Below are positions 63,246 through 64,000 of a stretch of 64,000 nucleotides of DNA, piece after piece; position 1 is the stretch's first letter, and every line of letters starts with the position of its first letter. Location: positions 17,953,710 to 18,017,709 of the forward strand of contig CM119270.1 of assembly GCA_051294375.1 (NCBI GenBank), in the 5' to 3' direction. Source of the DNA: Paraspadella gotoi. Taxonomy: Eukaryota; Animalia; Chaetognatha. Made by a program: the position numbers and the translations under genes. The notes beneath the pieces were generated by a model that did not search any database, was not told the DNA's origin, and worked only from the letters and a program-made list of their open reading frames with translations.

Positions 63246-63469
63246 GGTGACCTTAAAAACAAAAAAATAAGTCGAAGAAGACACGAATGAAGGAAATCCA
63301 TCAAGCCGCTAAATGGTCTTATTAAAAATAATAATATCCAATCAAACGGAATTAAATACTATGAGACACAGCGCGAGTAAGTTCTCCACGTTTAAATCAC
63401 AGATATATTACTACTATGTATAATAGCAATACTATATTAATATAAGCGCCAAGTCCCGTTATTTATTAC

Positions 63470-63690
63470 CGGAGACAACTATCTCGAAGAGTTGGATCGC
63501 CGACCCTTGCAAATTTTCGCCCAACAACGACCTGCCTTCCCTCATCCGCGGACAATAAACGGCCCACGAAAACTTTCCCCAGCGCCGAGCGCCAAAAGAC
63601 GTCACTGGACCGCCAATGACGTCAAGGCGCCGCAGCGGGGGCCCCTCGCGGTGCCCGGAGGCGCCAGGCGGTCCCGTCGTTTAGTTCCCC
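63470..63690 (-). promoter_or_regulatory. Probable gene B promoter and non-coding first exon, with CRE sites
   Basis: GC-rich patch upstream of the ATG exon; full CRE palindrome TGACGTCA at 63617-63624, near-CRE AGACGTCA at 63597-63604, CCAAT at 63613-63617; candidate donor CCG|gtaata at 63470 and acceptor tttttaag| at 63251. Confidence 0.55.
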
Positions 63691-63780
63691 TTTTCGTCTT
63701 CATTTGGAGGAAAAACTTTTTTTTTCGAAAATTAGATGCCCGAGGGAATTTTTTTCTTTTTTTGGAGGAAAGAGAGAAAA

Positions 63781-63889
<109 letters not shown>

Positions 63890-64000
63890 GCGAGGCTTGG
63901 GGTAGAATCGGAGTTTATTGCGACATAGCGCTCATAAAGAAGATAAGGAGAGACTGCTGATCAGGTTGTTTAGCTCTTTGTCAGTTTGTCTTGATGTCAG

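Overview
AT-rich eukaryotic DNA, probably from a small invertebrate: spliceosomal GT-AG introns including about 40-47 nt mini-introns, no visible CpG depletion, many microsatellites and five N gaps. Roughly 60 kb of the 64 kb is one locus of about 18 kb repeated as overlapping direct and inverted copies: 1-10272, 11998-13984 (inverted), 14010-30237, 30238-31123 (inverted), 31149-45884 and 45885-~60520 (inverted). The copies differ mainly by homopolymer indels, and two exact-identity blocks abut 25-N gaps. This pattern points to long-read, amplification-chimera or gap-filling artefact rather than a real amplification. Two spliced genes missed by the ORF track can be rebuilt by hand. Gene A lies in the repeated unit (minus strand in copies 1-3). 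It encodes a type II single-pass membrane protein with an N-terminal helical, possibly death-fold-like domain, a long disordered linker with PPxY motifs, one TM helix, a 19-nt microexon and a short ectodomain. Gene B lies in unique sequence (62051-63245, minus). It encodes a 103-aa neuropeptide-precursor-like protein (signal peptide, KR-NTWWT-KR, RK-TPSYDYLA-KK) behind a CRE-containing promoter. Its stop codon is followed by an in-frame, spliced, two-TM extension, and one intron holds a 250-nt hairpin-dense island. I recognise no gene names, and see no prokaryotic systems, CRISPR arrays, rRNA or tRNA.
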